Source: Eledone cirrhosa (taxonomy: Eukaryota). Taken from it: a DNA stretch of 64,000 nt. The stretch is from NCBI GenBank assembly GCA_964016885.1, contig OZ024740.1, positions 280,550,001-280,614,000 of the forward strand, written 5' to 3'. Position numbers and translations under genes: made by a program. Numbering within the stretch: the stretch's first letter is position 1; each line of letters begins with the position of its first letter. Below, piece after piece: positions 45,145 through 58,431 of the stretch. The notes beneath the pieces are model-generated. The model was not told the DNA's origin and searched no databases. It saw nothing but the letters and a program-made list of their open reading frames with translations.

Positions 45145-45990
45145 CAGGGCTGCTCAGTTCTTTGAGGACACTTGCAAGAATTTAGTAAAAGACGCATAAG
45201 TCATAAGAGAAAAGCTTTATTTGAAAAGAAAAAGATTGGCATGAATAATCTTGAGATCCTTCTTGATGTATCTATTCAATGAATCCCCTGTTAACATAGA
45301 TGACTGCTTCAATACGATATCTGAAATGTTGATATGCCTGAGTCAGAAGATCTTTATCTATTTGGGATATTGTGCTAGTTATGGTGGACTTCAGAGATTT
45401 TTAGTGTTATTGATTGAATTTGTTCTCGACTAAGCACCCATATGTAGTTGTCCAACGTATTCAGGTCTGGAGAGCTAGGAGGTCATATCTTTGGGGTGAC
45501 GTGATCGTGGAGATTGTAACTCATCCATTCTTGGATTGTCTAGCATTCCGTTAGCACTCCAATCTTTTGATGTTTATACGGCGTTTTGTGCGGCTAAGGC
45601 GGTTATCTTTCGTTTCTTCAGACATGGACTGACTCTCCACATCACATATGACTTGTATCGAAGGTCTTCATGCACAATTCTTCCGATAGTGTGCCTTGAT
45701 ACCTTTAACTCCATAGCAATGTCGCTCATTGACTTCCTGGGTCTCTTTTGCACCTTTCACACAACCGTCAGCGGCTTTTAGCACTTTGTATACTTAACAA
45801 GAAACGACCGTCTAACCTTCAGGAAGCGACCAATCTCTAAATCACTATGCTCTGCCTTTAAGCAATTTGTGAAGAAAAAATGAACCTTAATTCATAAAGT
45901 ACCAAAGACTGCGATATTTCAAAGCTTAAGATTGTGTAGAACATTTTACGATTCAAAAGATGAAGGATTGCATAAGGAACTACGAAAATT
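45145..45990 (-). mobile_element. Tc1/mariner-superfamily transposase relic
   Basis: Minus strand near 45440-45490 encodes *PPSSPDLNTLDNYIW (WPPSSPDLNPLD motif); one end is TA|CAGGG; the other terminal inverted repeat was not located. Confidence 0.7.
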
Positions 45991-46021
45991 TCCCTCTATT
46001 TGCATACATACATACATACAT

Positions 46022-46150
<129 letters not shown>

Positions 46151-47699
46151 CATACATACGTACGTAGTCAGTTATTGAACTCAGAACACCGTGATTGTGA
46201 AGTGTAATCGTCTGGTCATGCTGTGTCCATGTAATGAATGTGATGATAATTTCTTAAATGCCCAGATTTGACAGACCAATTTTATTTATGCCAGTTACCA
46301 CAGAGGTCTCAGCTGACTGCAGCTTTTCTCCACCAAATCGGGAGGGGGGTTATCTCGCTTGAGGAAGGAACCCCGTGAGGTAGAAAGGCTAATGCAGCGA
46401 CAATGTTTATTACCATCTCGTTCGCGCGGCCTAACTGAGAGCTTTTCCTTTCCATTTCTCTCAAACTCAATATTTTACCTACCGTTCTGTTTGTAAATAT
46501 ATACAATTAAATTTCGAACTGCATATACATACTATCACGATGAAGATCATCATTAAAAACCATCTTCATCGCAAACCATCATAATCATGATACCATCAAT
46601 ACCTCTACTATCACTACCACGAACCTACCACATACCACCACTATCATAACCATACAAGGAATAGCAGCCCGTATATGTAACAACCTATGCCGGACTCTAG
46701 TCATTGTTTTAAAAGGCGGATATTGTGACAATGACTACTTCATTATGCTATTAAAATACATGAGATTTAAAGGAAACTACTTCTTCACCATGTCAAATGA
46801 ACTGATATAATTCCAAAATCAGTCAAACAATAGATATCAAAATATTTCTGATCTGAGGATGGTTTAACTCAGCAGCAGCAACAGTATCAGCATCACCAGC
46901 AGCATACCCCCCCCCCCACCATCATGACCATGAAATGATGTAAGTGTCGGTTGTGTTGGAATGGTTTCTTGATCATTATCATCACAAAGACTTTTCCCAA
47001 CACCACATTCACCAACAGTTTTACACATTACCACCACGAAGACGACAACCACCTAAACAATCTGCATCTATACAACCAACAATGTCACCACCCACACCAC
47101 CATCGCCATCATTTGTTCGTGTGTGGAATTATTTTACAATGTTATTTTTGTTGACTTTATTTTGGTGAATTATTTTACAACGTTACTTTTGGCTGGAAGC
47201 GAAACTCTTTGTAATGTTCGATGGTTTCGGACTTCACATCTCTTCCAACAGCGTTGGCGTACTATCTTTTTTATAGCATTTGCAGCCGTACAAGCTCTCA
47301 AGAGTTTTTCCATAACATATCTAAGCCTAATGTAGGCGCGTAGATTAGTGGTTAGAGAGTTGAATTTGCAATCGTGAGGTTCTGAGTTCGATTCCCAAGC
47401 TGGACGATGAGTTGTCTCCTTGAGCAAAATGCTCTATTTCACGTTGTTCATTCTGTCAGGAATTGCAACTAGTAGATAGTATCAGCAATTCAAAGGACCA
47501 ATGGAAACATTATTTCCTTGGTCCGATCTGACGAGTTCTGGGATCTTGTTGATGCAGATCAGAATATCGACCATAAGTACGAGAAGGCGTGTGTCGGTTA
47601 TTTTTTTTAATGTTGGCCACGTTGTCCCTCAGGATAACACTGAGGTAATATCAAATGTAGCCGATGATCGAGTCGTCACTCAGTTAATGTTATCTTCAG

Positions 47700-49165
47700 G
47701 CTGCTTAATAATAAAACAGCGGCGGGTGGTTCAATAAGGTACGTGGTTCAATAAGGTACCCAAGATTCAGGATGAATGTCTCAGTTTTCGCAGCACTGAT
47801 TTTCATTCCAGCCATGCACCACAAACCTATCATGTGCAAGTCGAAGATAATCTTCAGTCGAGTTAAGTAACACCATGTTGTCTGCAAATTCGAGCCGATT
47901 GATTTTACACACGCCAGTCATGATACCATTTCCAACCCGGTTGCGAATGTCAATCCTGTTCATGTAACCACATTGAATGGTTTCGATTTAGCCCCATTCA
48001 TCCGAATAATACCATCTATATTTAAGGCTTTTAACATCTCTATCATCTCCCCGAGGCGCTTTTCCACATTTGAGCTCTTTAACTGCCCTTGCGACCTCAG
48101 CATCTTAGAGATAAGTAATCGATTCTCCATGAACCTCGAGTACATCAGGAGATGCTGTTGTGATCGGGTTTAGAAGACCAGCAATGTATTCTCTCTACAT
48201 CACGAGGATTCTTTAGGAAGTCTCAAGTTTCAGATAATTTGATGGTGATCAGTTGACAGTTCACCCCCTCCCTTAACACGAACACCCAGCACAATAAAAG
48301 AGATCAGAGACAATTACTAAATCAATTATTAATTTCTGTCCCTGATTCCTCTTATACCATGTATAAGGGGATGTCGCTGTGTTGGAACAAGGTGTTCATA
48401 GTGGAGAGTCCATTGCTAGAACAGAATTCTAGCAATGCCTCTCCATTCATATTTAGATCTGGATCACCATTCCTTCCAATCACTCCTTTCCATGTTAGGT
48501 GGTCAGTGCCAACATGTGCATTGAAGTCTCTCATCAGGATATATATCTCAGTCTTAACTACGTCTAATGCTGCAGTGACTTCAAGGAAGGACCTGTATTT
48601 GGATTCCTTTTTTGGTGCATAAACTTGCACCAACCACAGGGACCTATCTTTCAGCTTAAGCTTCAAGAAGCAAATCATCCCTCCTAACGGGATCCAGTCC
48701 GTAACACTCCCTACTGCTTCTTATCTGTAAGGGTTGTGATATTTTAGGTTCCGGACCCTCTTTGGGGTCTCAGGATACGCAATATTTGTGCGTCCATCCT
48801 ACGCTTACCAGGACAGGTGGCAGGCCCATCGCCAGTATTTGCCTATGGAATGGAAACTGCAATATATTTTTCGAACAGGCCCCTCTACCTAAGGCCTGGT
48901 CGCGCCTCTTGTTAACCCGCATGGAGGACGGTGCAGTATGTTTTTTCTTTCTCTCTTCCTCATCATATTGCAGTTTCAGTTTTTGTGGTTTTATTAACGC
49001 CAATCACCAGTCTAGTACTTTGTCAACTCCGCGATGACTAGGCTTATTTAGAGGCGGCCTTTACTCGCCCCTTCGCAGCTACGTCACTGGGTGGGGAGAA
49101 TTTTCTTGGGAGCCGAGCCGCAGGTGTCACCCATTGCTCCATCTCCCCTAGTAGTTTATCGGAAA
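47700..49165 (-). mobile_element. Degenerate, internally deleted RTE LINE (5' UTR, APE and RT pieces)
   Basis: VQVYAP, ILMRDFNAHVG, NMNGEALLEFC and RLEFADNMVL; the 5' UTR matches 37910-38110. Confidence 0.85.
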
Positions 49166-50299
49166 CTATTGTCAACAAGTTAAATCTAAACCCGCTTTCT
49201 TCTCCCCAGAGTGCGGATATTGTTTCAATTTCGTTCAAAGAATCACCAACATTGCCGTTTTCCGTCACAACTGGAACTTATTGGCTTGGACCACGGCAAT
49301 GGTATGGACGCAGACGGGATAACGCCTTTCTATTCAAGTGGAGTATATCTATCACTACGTGACACATTTTCCACCAATCTTGTTGCTTAAGCTTTAAACC
49401 CGAGAGTTGCCGCTCGTAACGCAGAGGTGCGGAAGATGAATAAATAACAGTAATTAACGAACACATTTTATTTCATCCAGGTCACTGTTGAAGCCTCCTG
49501 TGACCTCGGTACCCAGACTGTCATGATCATCTGCCAAATCTGGATGCAGAAATCGTGCCCCAGTAAGGAATCCCGTGATGTGGAATTGTTAATACAGCAT
49601 GGCAATACTTTTGTTATCTTTTTCGCTGGGCATTAGTAAGACATGTTGTTTAATTGATTGTGAGCTGTTAGCTTATTTCTTTCATTTTGGTTTCGTTTTT
49701 GTTTCTGTGTATATTTGAAAAAAAATGAATATTCTTATGTTTTAATTGATTATGGTATTCAAAGCAAAAGTAAATAATTGTTTCTACTTTTGGCACAAGG
49801 CCAGCAATTATCCCAATGCATTACTGGTACTTTATTTTACGACCCCGTAAGGATGAAAGGCAAAGTTAACCTCAGCGTGATTTGAACTCAGAACGTAAAG
49901 GGCCATAACTCTATTCCACGAAGCATATTGACCGACGCTCCAACGATACTGCCAACCCCCCGCCCTAAATCAAAAGTATATAATATAATAGTTTCTTATA
50001 TAGGCACAAGGCCAGCAATTTTGGGGACGGGGAAAGTCAATTAAATCGACACCAGTGCGTGACTGGTACTTTATTTTATCGACTCCATAAGGATGAAAGG
50101 CAAAGTTAACCTCGGCAGGATTTGAGCTCAGATCATAAAGGGCCGTAACTTTATGCTGCAAAGCATGGCGTCCAACCTTCTACCGATACTGCTGGATCTT
50201 GTTCGGAGTTTTGACTGACACGTACATCAGCATTGTTCATTTTATAATCTTGATTTTCTTTTAACTACTGAATGCTAAACTATGCAAAAGAAACTACAA

Positions 50300-52260
50300 A
50301 ACTGATTTAATCAGCAATAACACACTACTGATACTTATGATCAACCCCAGGAAGAAGAATGTCAAATTAAACTCCAACATTTCTTAAACACGAAATGGAA
50401 AAGAACGAAATTATATATAAGGCAGTTATTCTGGCGATCCACTGCCTCCCCAATCCTCTGATGATATATCACTTTATGTAAAAGCCATTCCGGGACTTTG
50501 TGGTTAAGTAAAACAACTAATGTCAATCCTGTGTGCGATGGCACATTGTATATTTTGTATGTTCCGACTGAGATAAGTGGCAATATATTACTTTTCTTTG
50601 AATATAATTCGGGATGTCAGGAAGGAAGTTGATATATTGGGATGGTGCTGTTTGGTTAATGTCATATAGATTAGCTTTTGTCCAAATGCGAAACAAAAGG
50701 AATTCCACTTAAGCACTTCATTATTTCAATTTCTATATAAATGTGCTTCAAAACACACCAAGCATCAGTTTTACAACAGAAGGCTTTGACAACTACATAT
50801 TATAGCAGATATTTGGTATTAATAATCTACAAAAATGCTTCTCAGAAAAACAATCGTCTTTGTTGTCTTGCTCATCCTGAAGGTAAGTATCTTTAATATG
50901 TTTGATGTAACGGCAATATCCTTAAGTTTGTGATTTTTGAAAAATTTATAAATGATTCTTGTACGCTGAGCTGGGTTAGAGATTTGTTTATTGATGTTCA
51001 TTTACAGCTAGTTTGGATGATCCTGTTGCACTCTTTAATCAAATAACCTATCGAGATGTGTTATAAGCCATTTTGTACGCAAGCACTCTCTTGATATTTG
51101 GTCTAGCATCAACGGAAACCCTTAATTTCTTTAGTGAAAGAAATATCCAATTCTGAACAGGGTGAAGAAATAAACCGAGACATATGAATAATATCGATAT
51201 TGGGTACATTTTGCTTCGAATAAAAACAATATAGATTAACAAAATGTCTTAAAGTAAGTCACTTGTCATTTCACATTTTTTGTCTTTTTGTCAGGAAGAC
51301 TAAACCAGCGTACTGATCAACCAGTCTACGGCGCTGGGAGCTGTCAAGCAACATTAATTCATCATTAATAAGTAGTGTTGTGCTTCACTATGGCGCATAG
51401 AAAAGAAGTTGATATTTAATCTCAGAAAGTGCTGATATAATAAACATTATATGAAGGCAGTTTAGTACTGGGGTCGATTCTTTCTCTGGAAGAAATCTGC
51501 TGTATTCGAGAGGAATGGGCTCTGTCAGGCTTAAAATAACCAAGAAACGCCGTTTTTCAATACGGTGCCCTTACGACTCCTCCATGAGTTACGGGACCAA
51601 AGCTTATCATATGTAGGCAATTAGTCGACTAAGTAGGTGCACAGATCTATAACTCCATGTATACAGAGCTTCTGTCTATTACAGGACCGTACTCAGGATG
51701 CTGTCAGTCAGGTGTTTATTTTACGGTATGTCATGTGGACTACTGAGCATATTTTCTTTTATTAATCTGTTTGCTTTTAATTACTGGCATGTCCTAATGG
51801 TGACCAAAATGAAAGTGGGCATAGTGGACCCATTCAAATCGTGATAGATTTGTGTTTTCAAACCCATTGCATGGAACTAATGCAGCTGTTGATGATAATG
51901 CCTTTTTTATTTATGTTTTTTAAAAATATATTTTTGTCTAAACTGAGTGAAGGATAGTCTTCTTAGGATGGTCTTGAAGAAGAAGTCTGGATGTCAGAGA
52001 TATATGTCTAAGTGTTTGGTGTTGATAGTACAGGAAGAGATATATTTATGTTATTGAGTTGGATAGTTGATTGTATTGTCGAGGCTTGTAAGAGGAGAGC
52101 TAATTTATTATGTAGTTTACTTGTTGAACTCCAGTTTTTATGCAACGGAGTATTTGTGCAGCTGTGTCTGGCTATATTGGGTAGGAATGACACTGTTATG
52201 TCATCTGCATCTAATGCTATATATATGATTTATGGGGTGTGGGCTGATCGTGCAAGCTAC
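50300..52260 (-). mobile_element. Possible very decayed Penelope-like element
   Basis: Only faint remnants (LHKN, an MGSP-like patch, VIYC..VGT) and no intact motif. Confidence 0.3.
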
Positions 52261-53092
52261 AAAGAGACGAAGAAGAGTGTATATCTATAATTGTTTCTAC
52301 TTTAGGCACAAGGCCAGCAATTACCCAGTGCATTACTGGTACTTTGATGGCTGATGGGTCTATGTGATGCTGATTCGGTTGGTCTGTCATTGCTTTAAAA
52401 TTTATATAATTTTTCCTAGTTTCTAAAATTTATGAATCTTTCTATTAATGCAATAATCAAACCTTACATATTTTTATTGTTTGATAACTGATTTTAAAAA
52501 CAATGTTTGATGCTGTGGCAGTATCGATAGAGCGGTAAAGCCTCTAGTAATCAATGTCTTGAGTCGGAAATCTTTTTTGTTTTTGTGTTTTCTTCGTCTT
52601 AGTGTATGAATCTATTGACAAAAGTGAAATTTAAAGCAATCCTCAGACAATCCAATGTAATTTCTTGTTACACTGATGTTATCTTGTAGGACGTTAGAAA
52701 AGTATATTAAAGCTTTTGAAAGACAATTATCGTTAAAGGGGCAATTATTTGGGACAATACAATAACAAGTAGAAGAGACTATATTATCTTTGTTGCAAAT
52801 GCTTCTAGAATTAACATGATTAATGCAAGTTGTAAATAGTTTAAAACAATAGCTTATGTTAATCGAATTTCTATTAAAAAGCTAAAAAAAAAAGGAAAAT
52901 AAAGTAGATTAAAAAAGTCCGAACATTTAAACAGAAAGCCGTATTATGTCAGGTTATTTCAAAATTTGCTTTTACGCTTCTGGAGATTTGAGCAGCTTGT
53001 GAATTATCAGCAGAAAACTTTCACATTAACCTATGACATGTTTACTGTATCTGTATATTATTGTTATTATTATTATTATTGTTATTGTTATT

Positions 53093-56000
53093 CCTTGAAT
53101 CTCAGTCATTGATGTTGGTTAACTGGAAAGTCCGTTGGATTGAATATCAAGCCACTACCTGCAGCCTCAGATATTCAGGACGTATCGGAGGGTTCTTGCC
53201 GTTCCAAGCAAGCATGCCTTTTGAAGCGTTCCAAAAAGCGTGAAGGGGCCGATTTTCTTTAACCATCCCTGGAAACCTTTGGAGATAGTCCCCAGTGCGC
53301 CTATGACAATCGGGATCACTTTGACTTCATGGCAGTTCCAAATCCTTTTCACCTCCCACTTTAGGTCCTGGTATCGGTTAATTTTCTCCCTCTCCTTCTC
53401 TTGCACTCTCGTGTCGAACGGGCAGGCCACATCCACAATCAGGCACGATCTTTTTTCTTTGTCCACAACCACCAGGTCAGGTCTATTGTGTTCCAGTTTT
53501 TTGTCCGTCTGTATCCTAAAATCCCACAGCACCTTCACCTGACTGTTCTCCATCACCGCCTCTGGCCTATGCTCATACCATTTCTCAGAATGTGGTAGAT
53601 TGTTTACTTTGCACAGGTGCCAGTGGATCACCCTGCCCATCACATCGTGTCTCCAGCCCTTATAGTGGGTCTGGGCTAGGTGTTTACACTCGGACACAAT
53701 GTGAGCCACAGTCTCCTCTCTCTCTCCACAGATCCTGCACAGTGGGCTAGCCTCCTCCTTGTAGATATGGTGCTTCAACCACTTCGTTTTGAGGGCCTGC
53801 TCCTGCGCAGCCATTAGCATTCCTTCTGTAGCCTTTTTGAGGTCTCCTCTTCTCAACCAGTTCCATGTCTGTGGATCTCTAAATTCAGTTTTCTCAAAGA
53901 AGGTACTATGAAGGGATTTTCCCTTAAGGCTGCTCTTCCTCCTTGATGTTATTTCCTCCTTGGGTATCACCTGGCCTACTGTCCCCTCCTTCAGTACAGC
54001 TCTGAGCATTGGCTCCTTACTATAGGTCACGTATTTGTATAGGTTGTTTTTCTCCATCTGAACACAGTCCTCTATGCTGATAAGACCTCTTCCACCCTCA
54101 GATCTCCTTAGGTAGAGTCTATCGACATCACTCCTCTTGTGGAACATGTTGTAGATAGTCAATAGTTTCCTAGTCTTCCTATCCATTTCTTTTTGTTCAG
54201 CAACATTCCATCTCAGAATTCCCGCACTGTACCTAATAATAGACACAGCTCGGGAATTTACTGCGCTTATGGCATTTCTGCTGTTCAGATGTGACTTCAA
54301 TACGCTCCTTACTCTCCGAATGTATTCAGTTCTTAACAATTCCTTCATTTTTTTGTTCTTTATGCCATCAGCCTCCAGAACGCCCAAATACTTGTATCCT
54401 TCCTCAGAGTCAATTTCCTTTATCATCTCACCTGTTGGTATCTGGATCCCGTTACTTCTGCTCAACCTACCCCTCCTCATCACAATGACTCCAGATTTAC
54501 CAATACCAAACTGCATACATATATCACTGCTGAAAATACGGACAGTGTCAACAAGCACATCCAACTCCTTCTCACTTTTCCCGAAGAGCTTAAGATCGTC
54601 CATGAAGAGGAGGTGATTGATGGTAAGCTCTCCCCTTCCCAACTTGTATCCTGCTCTCACTTTTCGCAGCATAATGGTCAAGGGCATCAGGGCAAGGACA
54701 AACAACAGAGGGGACAGGCTATCTCCCTGGAAGATACCTCTCTTGATCTTCACGCTTCCCAAGGATACTCCAGTTGATGTCAACTCTGTCTCCCAGGACC
54801 CCATACTCCTGCCCAGCAACTGTCTGATGTTATCTGCCACCCTGAAGATCTCCAGGCTTTTGGTGATCCAGGAATGAGGCACCATGTCAAATGCCTTTCT
54901 GTAGTCTATCCATCCCATGGCAAGATCAGTGTGTCTCCTCCTGCAATTCCCCATTACCATCTTATCAATAAGCAACTGGTCCTTTGTACCACGTGACTTC
55001 TTTCGGCATCCTTTCTGTTCGTCCGGCAACAAGTTGTTTGTGTGGAGGTGATGGTAGATTTCCTCAGACACAATGCTCGTCAACAGTTTCCACATTACGG
55101 GCAGACATGTGATAGGTCTATAGTTGGTAACATCATTACCCTTGATTCGGTCTTTCATTATCAGAACTGTGGTACCTTTTGTCAACCACTCTGGCACCTC
55201 ACCCGACACCAAGCAGTCATTGAACATGGCCGTCAGCTTCGGGTGGAGGGATGTTAAATGTTTAATCCAATACCCCTGCACACCATCTGGGCCTGGTGAT
55301 TTCCAGTTGGTTAGTTTTTTGGCTTGCCCCTTAAGAGTTTCAACTGTGATACTCAAATCAGTCTGTTGCTGTGCCTGCTCACCGGTCTCCCTCTGTACTG
55401 TCTCAATCCACCCTGCCTGGGCATTGTGTCTAACATCCTGCTCCCATATTCCTCTCCAGAATGTTTTAGCTTGTTCCGCCCCAGGGATCAAGTCGTTGCC
55501 TCTTTCTTTCCCCTCAAGCTGTCCAAACAGCATCTTCTGGTTGTTGTCGAACATGCGGTTCTGTTTATACTGACTGACTCTGTTCTCGTATCGCCTGATT
55601 TTGGCACTCTTTGCTACAATGCGTTGCTTCAATTCCTCTATGATAATATTTAGCTTTTTACTCCTAGTTTTGTATTTTATTTCCAGTCTATTTTTAGTGC
55701 CTATGTTTTTTAGTGTCCCATTCAGTAGTGACTCAAGCTTTCCTATGTCATTTCTCATTTCCTCGATTTGCCCACTCAGTCGCTTCTTCCACCACGGCTC
55801 TGCTCTTTCTTGTCTGTTGTTTCCTCTCGCTTTTATACCAAGTAGTTTCCTCACCGTATTTGCTGTTGCTTTGAGGATATTGTTGCACTGGTGAAGACTC
55901 CTCGCCTCAAGGTATGGGATGACTTTGTTTACCTTAGCTGTTGTTTCTTTTAACTTTTTCCTGTCTACAAATCTTAGGTTCATAGGTCTCCCACTATCAT

Positions 56001-56760
56001 TGTTCAACTCATCTACCACTAAATTTAGGATGTCAACCGAATCTTGTCCTAGCCCGTCAGCATTCATCTCCTCAGTGGCCGTATCTCTGTTCCAGGTATT
56101 ATTTATCTCAGTATTCAGATCATTGTCTGCTTCGGGTGGTTCCTCCGTTCTCAGGACCTCCTCACCTTCATTTCCCGCCGGCTCGCTTGTCTGGCATACT
56201 ACACCCGCCATCTCCAAGCCATTCTCTCTGCTCAGTTCCTCCAGTTCCAGCTCGCTTATCCACCCATTAGTTCTTATTACCCGAGCCTGCCCGGCCAATT
56301 TTTGTTCATCTAATTTAAATAAACCAATCTCGTTCCAGATGTTATGCATCCGTCTCCTGTAGCCCCTCTCCTTGGGGTTACTTTTCAGGTAGCATTGCAT
56401 AACAGTTCTATTCAATTCTTTCGTCCAGTTGGTTCTGGCCCCTTTCCTTCTTCTTCTTCCTCCAACATCAGCAGTATTTGGTTGACAGTCAGGTTCCTGC
56501 TGCTGAGCCAGGGGGCACCTGTTGGGTGAGAGTCTGTCACATGACGTTCTAGTCTCCATTTCACCGTTATTCGAACTGTTTATGTTCGATATTTAAACAC
56601 TCTTATCGAGGATTGGCGAATGTATGTTTACATAGCCATCTGTGGATCCGCCATCCCACTTGGCCCTTGTGTGGCATTATCACCACGCTGTATACGGACA
56701 CACATAAACAAACAAACACACGGGCAGAAAGGGCCCCAAAAATGAATAAGCATAAGTTTC
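53093..56760 (-). mobile_element. Apparently intact R4/Dong-type non-LTR retrotransposon (family C); 3' end runs into (AAT)n at 53057-53092; 5' boundary uncertain
   Basis: Uninterrupted 1130-aa ORF plus a short 3' UTR. Confidence 0.9.
53167..56559 (-). CDS. Reverse transcriptase / CCHC zinc knuckle / restriction-like endonuclease polyprotein (R4/Dong type)
   Basis: KSPGPDG, NYRPITCL, DYRKAFD, IFQGDSLSPLLF, LLFMDDLKLF, YKYLG, CRICGEREETVAHIVSEC, RHD and RPDLVVVD..IVDVACP. Confidence 0.95.
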   Translation of the reverse strand: METRTSCDRLSPNRCPLAQQQEPDCQPNTADVGGRRRRKGARTNWTKELNRTVMQCYLKSNPKERGYRRRMHNIWNEIGLFKLDEQKLAGQARVIRTNGWISELELEELSRENGLEMAGVVCQTSEPAGNEGEEVLRTEEPPEADNDLNTEINNTWNRDTATEEMNADGLGQDSVDILNLVVDELNNDSGRPMNLRFVDRKKLKETTAKVNKVIPYLEARSLHQCNNILKATANTVRKLLGIKARGNNRQERAEPWWKKRLSGQIEEMRNDIGKLESLLNGTLKNIGTKNRLEIKYKTRSKKLNIIIEELKQRIVAKSAKIRRYENRVSQYKQNRMFDNNQKMLFGQLEGKERGNDLIPGAEQAKTFWRGIWEQDVRHNAQAGWIETVQRETGEQAQQQTDLSITVETLKGQAKKLTNWKSPGPDGVQGYWIKHLTSLHPKLTAMFNDCLVSGEVPEWLTKGTTVLIMKDRIKGNDVTNYRPITCLPVMWKLLTSIVSEEIYHHLHTNNLLPDEQKGCRKKSRGTKDQLLIDKMVMGNCRRRHTDLAMGWIDYRKAFDMVPHSWITKSLEIFRVADNIRQLLGRSMGSWETELTSTGVSLGSVKIKRGIFQGDSLSPLLFVLALMPLTIMLRKVRAGYKLGRGELTINHLLFMDDLKLFGKSEKELDVLVDTVRIFSSDICMQFGIGKSGVIVMRRGRLSRSNGIQIPTGEMIKEIDSEEGYKYLGVLEADGIKNKKMKELLRTEYIRRVRSVLKSHLNSRNAISAVNSRAVSIIRYSAGILRWNVAEQKEMDRKTRKLLTIYNMFHKRSDVDRLYLRRSEGGRGLISIEDCVQMEKNNLYKYVTYSKEPMLRAVLKEGTVGQVIPKEEITSRRKSSLKGKSLHSTFFEKTEFRDPQTWNWLRRGDLKKATEGMLMAAQEQALKTKWLKHHIYKEEASPLCRICGEREETVAHIVSECKHLAQTHYKGWRHDVMGRVIHWHLCKVNNLPHSEKWYEHRPEAVMENSQVKVLWDFRIQTDKKLEHNRPDLVVVDKEKRSCLIVDVACPFDTRVQEKEREKINRYQDLKWEVKRIWNCHEVKVIPIVIGALGTISKGFQGWLKKIGPFTLFGTLQKACLLGTARTLRYVLNI

Positions 56761-57128
56761 ATTGTAATGTAGTATTCGAATGTCTGACTTAGTTTTTGTT
56801 TTTTAAGTTTTACTTTTTCCCCCCTCTTCTCTGTCCGTCCGCCTGCTTCTCTCTTCATTCTTATTTTCTTTACGTTTTTGGGGTTTCTTTTTTTGTTTTT
56901 GTTTTTCTCTGTTTTTCTCGTTTTTTACTGTTGTTGCTGTGCTGCTTTTGTTGTTTGTTTTTTCTTTTTTCTTTTGAGTCTATCTATATATTTTGATGCC
57001 TTCCTCTTTGTTAGTAGTAGGAATTCTATAATGTGGAAGTGGTAGCCAGCAGAGACTGGCGGCGTTGGCGATACTGAGACAGTGGTGGTGGTGATGTCGA
57101 TACCGAGGCAGTGGTGGCGGTGATGCGA

Positions 57129-57775
57129 CCGTATTACTGTAGTGATGGTGCTGTAGCGGTGGCAGCAGCAGTGAAGGAGTCAGGGGGTGGTGGCGGCGGT
57201 GATGCGATAGTGGTGGTAATGATGGCCGTAGTGAGCGGTGGCGGTGAAGGTGAAAATGCTGTTGTGTTTAGTGTACACAGATGATGGGGTGGGTGGTGTA
57301 TCTAGTTTCTGGTGTTGGTGAGTTTCGCTGTCCTATATAGTGTAGCCAGAGGAGAGGAGGGGGGGGGGGGGGGGTTCTTCTTCTTCCATTTATAGCCATT
57401 TTATTTTTTTTTGGGATATACAGTGTACAATACAAAGTTGAATATTTGAATATTTGGGCCGTATTACTGTAGTGATGGTGCTGTAGCGGTGGCAGCAGCA
57501 GTGAAGGAGTCAAGGGGTGGTGGCGGCGGTGATGGGATAGTGGTGGTAATGATGGCCGTAGTGAGCGGTGGCGGTGAAGGTGAAAATGCTGTTGTGTTTA
57601 GTGTACACAGATGATGGGGTGGGTGGTGTATCTAGTTTCTGGTGTTGGTGAGTTTAGCTGTCCTATATAGTGTAGCCAGAGGAGAGGAGGGGGGGGGGTT
57701 CTTCTTCTTCCATTTATAGCCATTTTTTTTTGGATATACAGTGTACAATAGAAAGTTGAATATTTGAATATTTGA
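57129..57775. repeat. Direct tandem duplication, unit ~330 bp
   Basis: ccgtattactgtagtgatgg...gaatatttgaatatttg occurs at 57129-57456 and 57459-57775. Confidence 0.85.
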
Positions 57776-57944
57776 GCCTTATAACAATATATTTTGGGTC
57801 CGAATTTTTTTGGGGCTCAAGCCGGGTGCTTTACGTAGCATTTGTACTAAGAGTTGTTATTTCACAAATGATTTAAATATGTTAAAAATTCAAAACTTAC
57901 GGGAGCGATTTCATGACCTCCGTCACCTCGTGCGTCTTCTTCCC

Positions 57945-57997
<53 letters not shown>

Positions 57998-58430
57998 GAG
58001 AAGGCTGAAGACGAGCACTTTCCTCTTCGGTGATGCCCTGATTAACTTTTTCAAATTTCATTTGAAAAGGAAAATCAGGGTAGAGAGGGAAATGCTCTCT
58101 TCCCAGCATTTTGTTGAAAGATGGGTGAGAGAGGCAAGAAGGGCCCGAGTGAATGGGCCTACTCTGAGTATGTATCTGTAAATTAAAGGTGGAAAACTGG
58201 GAGAGGGCACTTGCCCTGGTGGTCAGAGTCACTGTGGCCTTTTAATGGGCTTTCTCCACAAATGTCCCTCGGAAGTCTCCCCCTTATTGGGGAATTTTTC
58301 ATTGTTATTTTTTGTTACATCCTCTGTTTTTGTTTTTTACACGCAGGACTGCCCATTTGTACCGTCCTGTATTGTCCTGTACTGTCCTTAATGTCTACTT
58401 TATGTAAACCCTTGTGGTTAATAAAGAAAG

Positions 58431-58431
<1 letters not shown>
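57998..58431 (+). mobile_element. 5'-truncated Tx1/L1-type retrotransposon 3' end inside (TTA)n
   Basis: C-terminus ...LINFFKFHLKRKIRVERE..FVERW...* (stop 58179-58181), T-rich 3' UTR, AATAAA at 58420; (TTA)n at 57946-57997 and 58432-58478. Confidence 0.65.

Noticed and set aside
49599-49635. MAILLLSFSLGI|gtaag as a signal-peptide exon of the vWA gene
   Set aside because: The phase fits, but it is too short and has no independent support.
53240-56529. Plus-strand ORFs overlapping the R4/Dong ORF
   Set aside because: Antisense shadow frames with no recognisable motifs.
56600-56745. HDV-like ribozyme in the family C 5' UTR
   Set aside because: Some pairings exist (ggccctt/aagggcc), but the L3, P1.1 and J4/2 consensus could not be assembled.
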